Source: an uncultured delta proteobacterium
GTDB lineage: Bacteria; Myxococcota_A; Polyangia; Polyangiales; JAFGIB01
Assembly: GCA_963778655.1 (NCBI GenBank)
Contig: CAVZVA010000003.1
Location: 192,001 to 256,000 of the forward strand
Direction: 5' to 3'
DNA length: 64,000 bases
Shown here: positions 60,483 to 64,000 of the stretch, one piece after another
Layout: every line of letters starts with the position of its first letter
How positions within the stretch are numbered: the first letter of the stretch is position 1
Notes under the pieces: generated by a model
The model's input: only the letters and a program-made list of their open reading frames with translations
Told to the model about the DNA's origin: nothing
The model's database searches: none
Program-made: the position numbers and the translations under genes

Positions 60483-61856
60483 ATGAATGACAAGCTCACG
60501 CGAAGAGAGGCCCTGCTGGCTGCGCTGTTCGGCGGCGGCTACATCGGCCTGCGGGCGCTGGCGACGGGGTTACCGATCTCGTACCTGCTCAATCCGCGCA
60601 AGGCGACCGCCCAGGACCTGCAGTGCGCGATCGACGCCAAGGACAAGCTGCAATACCTGATCGTCAGCACCTCGAGCAACGGCGATCCGATCAATTGCAA
60701 CTGTCCCGGCACCTACGAGCTGAGCGACATCATTCACCCGCAGCAGGCGGAGGTGGCCGCCACCACGATCCAGCTCGGGGGCAAATCGTACGGCGCCGCC
60801 CTACCCTGGGCGCCGGCCGACATGGGCGGCGCGCTCGCCGCGAGCGTGCTCGGGCGCACGCTGTTCTTCCACCACTCGACCCGGACCACGGTGCACGGCG
60901 ACCAGCCCAAGGTGATGAAGCTGCTCGGGGCGACCAGCCATGGCGAGATGCTGGTCTCGGCCTTCGCCAAGCACCTCTCGAGCTGTTTCGGCACGGTTCA
61001 GCCGGAGCCGATCGCGGTGGGCGCGCGCGGCAACGCCAGCGAGCTGATCAGCTTCGCCGGCCGCACGCTGCCGTCGGTGTCGCCCACACAGCTCAAGCAG
61101 CTGCTCACCGGATCGCGCAACGACCCGCTGGTGCAGCTCAGGACGCTGCGCGACAGCGCGCTCGACCAGCTCAACCAGCTGGCCAAGAGCGACGCCAGCG
61201 ACGTGCAGAAGCAGTTCCTCGACGCGCTCGCCACCAGCCAGACCCAGGTGCGCATGCTGGCTGACCAGCTGGCCACCACGCTCAACGCGATCACCTCGGA
61301 CGACGTCAACGGCCAGGCACTGGCGGCCGCGGCGCTGATCTCCGCCAACGTGACCCCCGTGGTCACCATGCGCATCCCGTTCGGCGGCGACAACCACACC
61401 GATCAGGATCTGCAGAACGAGGCCGACCAGCACGTCAGCGGAGTGCAGGGCATCCAGGCGGTGATGGACGCGCTGGCGATGCTGAGCCTGACCGACAAGG
61501 TGACCTTCGCCACGCTCAACGTGTTCGGCCGCAACCTCAATGGCATCTCCAAGGTCGAGTCGCGCACCGGCCGCGATCACTACGGCAACCACTCGGTCAC
61601 GGTGATGATCGGCAAGAACGTGGCGCCCGGCGTGATCGGCGGGGTGACGCCCGGCAGCAGCGGTGCCTACGTGGCCTCGGACATCGACTCGGCGACCGGC
61701 GCCGCGGTGACGGGCGGCGACATCCCGGTGGCAGAGACCCACGTCGCAGCGGCGCGCACCCTGGGCGCGGTGCTCGGCATCCCGGAGACGGTGCTGGCGG
61801 ACGATTTCGTGGCCAGCGCAGGCGGCAAGCTGGTGCCGGTCGCGCTCGCGGGCTGA
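60483..61856 (+). CDS. Tat-exported DUF1501-like protein
   Basis: GAGGAG RBS; twin-Arg LTRREALL; GGDNH, VFGRNL, GRDHY...IG..V..GVIGG. Confidence 0.7.
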   Translation: MNDKLTRREALLAALFGGGYIGLRALATGLPISYLLNPRKATAQDLQCAIDAKDKLQYLIVSTSSNGDPINCNCPGTYELSDIIHPQQAEVAATTIQLGGKSYGAALPWAPADMGGALAASVLGRTLFFHHSTRTTVHGDQPKVMKLLGATSHGEMLVSAFAKHLSSCFGTVQPEPIAVGARGNASELISFAGRTLPSVSPTQLKQLLTGSRNDPLVQLRTLRDSALDQLNQLAKSDASDVQKQFLDALATSQTQVRMLADQLATTLNAITSDDVNGQALAAAALISANVTPVVTMRIPFGGDNHTDQDLQNEADQHVSGVQGIQAVMDALAMLSLTDKVTFATLNVFGRNLNGISKVESRTGRDHYGNHSVTVMIGKNVAPGVIGGVTPGSSGAYVASDIDSATGAAVTGGDIPVAETHVAAARTLGAVLGIPETVLADDFVASAGGKLVPVALAG

Positions 61857-61872
61857 GCAGCGGCTGTCGTTG

Positions 61873-62162
61873 GTGGTCGTCTTCGGTCTGGCGCATGCCC
61901 GCGGCTTGCCGGGTCCGGCGAGCCGGTGGCTGCGACGCCGGCCCGTAGTCGTTCTCGCCCCTTCGGACGCTGCAGGAACTGGAGCACCTGACCGGTGCCC
62001 TAGGTTTTGGTGGCCGGCCTGCTGCGCAGCTTTAGCTCCGCTACCTGACCCCACTCGGCCGCAAAGAAACCGCGGGGAAGACCGCGGGAGCGCGCCGCAC
62101 GTTCCCCGCGTGGGTCCCGGACCGGGCAAGCCGCGGGCGTGCGCGACACCGATGGCGATCAC
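61873..62162. repeat. ~290-nt fold-back element between convergent genes
   Basis: 61891-61918 and 62117-62144 are reverse complements at 26/28 positions; the stem extends about 18 more bp with G-U pairs; internal hairpins. Confidence 0.75.
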
Positions 62163-63097
62163 TTTCGAGGTTGCGGCCCGCCTGCGCTTGCCGTGAGCTC
62201 GGTGATCAGGGCGAGTAGGAAGTCGATTGCGGGCTCGGGGTCGCGGCGGCGTACGCTGAAGACCCGGATTGGGGGCAGCGTGAAAGGCAGCGCGTGCAGG
62301 CTCAGGCCGAAACGCGCGGCGTGGTGCCGGGCCAGCCTGTGCGGCGCGACCGCCACCGCGTCGGATCGCGCAACCACCGCGAACGCGATCAGGAAGCGCG
62401 GCACCGCCGCCACCACCCGCCGCGGCAGCGCGTCGTCGCCCAGCGGCTCGATCTCGGGCCCGCGGAAATCCCCGGCGACCGAAATCTGGACGTGGTCGAG
62501 CGCCGAATAGGCGGCGGCGCCGAGACGGCGCGCCAGCTTGGGGTGGCCGCGCCGCGCGACCAGGCAGTAGCGGTCCTCGAACAGCGGCTGCTGCCACAGC
62601 TCGCCGAGCGGCGGCCTGAAGCGGCCGAGCGCCAGATCGATCTCGTCGCGCCGCAGCGCCTCGAGCGCGTCCTGGCCCAGGCGCTGGCTGAACGCGAAGC
62701 GTGCGCCGGGAGCGCGCCGCGCGAACGCGCGCAGCAGCGGCGGGGCCAGCAAAGTCGTCAGGTGGTCGGGCGCGCCGATGCGGAAGCCGCGGGTCGTGGT
62801 CGCCGGCGAGAAGCCCGCGCCGCCGCCCAGGGCCTCGTCCATCGCCAGCAGCAGCGCCTCGACGCGCGGGGCGAGCTCGAGCGCGTGGCGCGTGGGCTCG
62901 AGCCCATGCGCCCTGCGCACGAACAGCGGGTCGCCGAACAGCGCACGCAGGCGCGAGAGCGCGTGGCTGACCGCGGACTGGCTCAGCCCCAGGCGCTGCG
63001 CGACCAGCGTGGCGCGCCGCAAGCGCAGCAGCTCGCGCAGCACCAGCAGCAGCGAGCCGTCCAGCTGTCTGATCTTGATTTCATCGATATCTGACAT
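62159..63097 (-). CDS. LysR family transcriptional regulator
   Basis: LDGSLLLVL..L...AQRLGLSQSAVSHALSRLRALFGDPLFVR...PT; substrate-binding domain with EIDLALG. Confidence 0.93.
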   Translation of the reverse strand: MSDIDEIKIRQLDGSLLLVLRELLRLRRATLVAQRLGLSQSAVSHALSRLRALFGDPLFVRRAHGLEPTRHALELAPRVEALLLAMDEALGGGAGFSPATTTRGFRIGAPDHLTTLLAPPLLRAFARRAPGARFAFSQRLGQDALEALRRDEIDLALGRFRPPLGELWQQPLFEDRYCLVARRGHPKLARRLGAAAYSALDHVQISVAGDFRGPEIEPLGDDALPRRVVAAVPRFLIAFAVVARSDAVAVAPHRLARHHAARFGLSLHALPFTLPPIRVFSVRRRDPEPAIDFLLALITELTASAGGPQPRK

Positions 63098-63120
63098 CAA
63101 AAGATTTCACTACTTTCGAT
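63096..63120. promoter_or_regulatory. AT-rich imperfect inverted repeat, candidate LysR operator
   Basis: ATCAAAAG-N9-CTTTCGAT overlapping the LysR start, between the divergent genes. Confidence 0.45.
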
Positions 63121-63181
63121 AATGCGCCGCAAGTAGGCTGTCCTCAGCGGGCCGGCGCGGCCCGCGAAAGGAGCGCGGGCG

Positions 63182-64000
63182 ATGAAGGCGGTGCTGCTCA
63201 ACGACTACGGATCGGCCGACAACCTGGTGCTGGCGGACGTGCCGCGGCCCGAGCTCGCGCCCGACCAGGTGCTGGTCAAGGTCGCCTACGGCGGGCTGCG
63301 CTGGGGCGACATCATGCAGCGCAACGGCGTGCCCAGCCGGGCGCGCAAGCCGCCGTTCGTCGCCGGGCAGGAGGCCTCGGGCGTGGTCGAGGCGGTGGGC
63401 GCGGGCGTGAAAAGCTACAAGCCCGGAATGCGGGTGATGGCGATGGCGCTCGGCGGGGCCTGGTCCGAATACCTAGCGGTGCCCGAGAGCCTGCTCGTGC
63501 CGGTGCCCGAGCGGGTGTCGCTGGAGCAGATGCTGGCGTACCCGGTGAATCTGCTGACCGCCTACTACGCGGTCAACGTGTGGGCCAAGGTGCAGCCGGG
63601 CGAGCGCGTGCTGCTGCACGCCGCGGCCGGCGGCGTGGGCCTGCTCGCGCTGCAGATCATGAAACGGCGGCTGCAGGACGTGACGGTGGTGGCGCTCGCC
63701 GGCAGCGAGGACAAGCTCGCGCTGGCCCGCGCGCACGGCGCGGATCACGCGATCAACTACAAGACCACCAACTACGTCGACGAGATCGGGCGCCTGTTCG
63801 GGCCCAAGGCTGCGGGCTTCGCCAGCGGCGGCGAGCGCGGCGGCGGGGTCGACGTGTCGCTCAACGGAGTGGCCGGCCCCACGCTCAAGACCGATCCCCA
63901 GGTGATCCGCAAGCGCGGGCGCTGGGTGATCTACGGCTGGGCGGGCGGCGCCGGCACGCTCAACCCCGCGGCCTTCGGCTACGACGGCATCACCGTGATG
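63182..64000 (+). CDS. MDR-family NADPH:quinone oxidoreductase-like protein (truncated by window end)
   Basis: AAGGAG RBS; MKAVLL..YG, P.VAGQEASGVV, VLLHAAAGGVG, GADHAINY. Confidence 0.9.
   Translation, partial: MKAVLLNDYGSADNLVLADVPRPELAPDQVLVKVAYGGLRWGDIMQRNGVPSRARKPPFVAGQEASGVVEAVGAGVKSYKPGMRVMAMALGGAWSEYLAVPESLLVPVPERVSLEQMLAYPVNLLTAYYAVNVWAKVQPGERVLLHAAAGGVGLLALQIMKRRLQDVTVVALAGSEDKLALARAHGADHAINYKTTNYVDEIGRLFGPKAAGFASGGERGGGVDVSLNGVAGPTLKTDPQVIRKRGRWVIYGWAGGAGTLNPAAFGYDGITVM

Noticed and set aside
61873..62162. Retron msr-msd or SRP RNA interpretation of the fold-back element
   Set aside because: No reverse transcriptase in the window and no proper SRP domain IV motif; kept only as an unclassified structure.

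Overview
Very GC-rich bacterial chromosome segment, most likely a Myxococcota (Polyangia-like) genome. This is inferred from two Hanks-type Ser/Thr kinases, an FHA protein, Gly-rich linker lipoproteins, and a large CxxCH lipoprotein paired with a Tat-exported DUF1501-like protein. About 48 genes. From left to right: a CheB/CheR/PAS fusion cut by the window edge; an alpha-glucan/trehalose and stress block (GT4, archaeal-type SAM synthetase, GlgA with an altered KTGGL motif, MscS-DUF5752 fusion, TreT, CBS protein, frameshifted sigma-70, HPF-like protein); an acsA-pdhA-pdhB-pdhC-ACP operon without E3; a dispersed cellulose-utilisation set (SSS symporter, GH94, CBM4-GH9, CBM11-like lipoprotein, beta-barrel) interleaved with an RRM-RRM-DEAD-box module; then signalling, transport and housekeeping genes (kinases, ABC exporter, glnD, LysR/oxidoreductase). 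The strongest new signal is a shared bipartite motif, TGACCC-N17/18-CCAC, upstream of all four transcription units of the cellulose set, which suggests an alternative-sigma regulon feeding an uptake route with no SusC/D or TonB genes in the window. Other non-coding signals are a uORF plus terminator/antiterminator upstream of a HIT-like gene, a ~193-bp CTAAAT...ATTTAG element with a collapsed second copy, and three long intergenic fold-back elements. No rRNA, tRNA, CRISPR array or transposase was recognised. All family assignments come from motifs read by eye, not from database searches.
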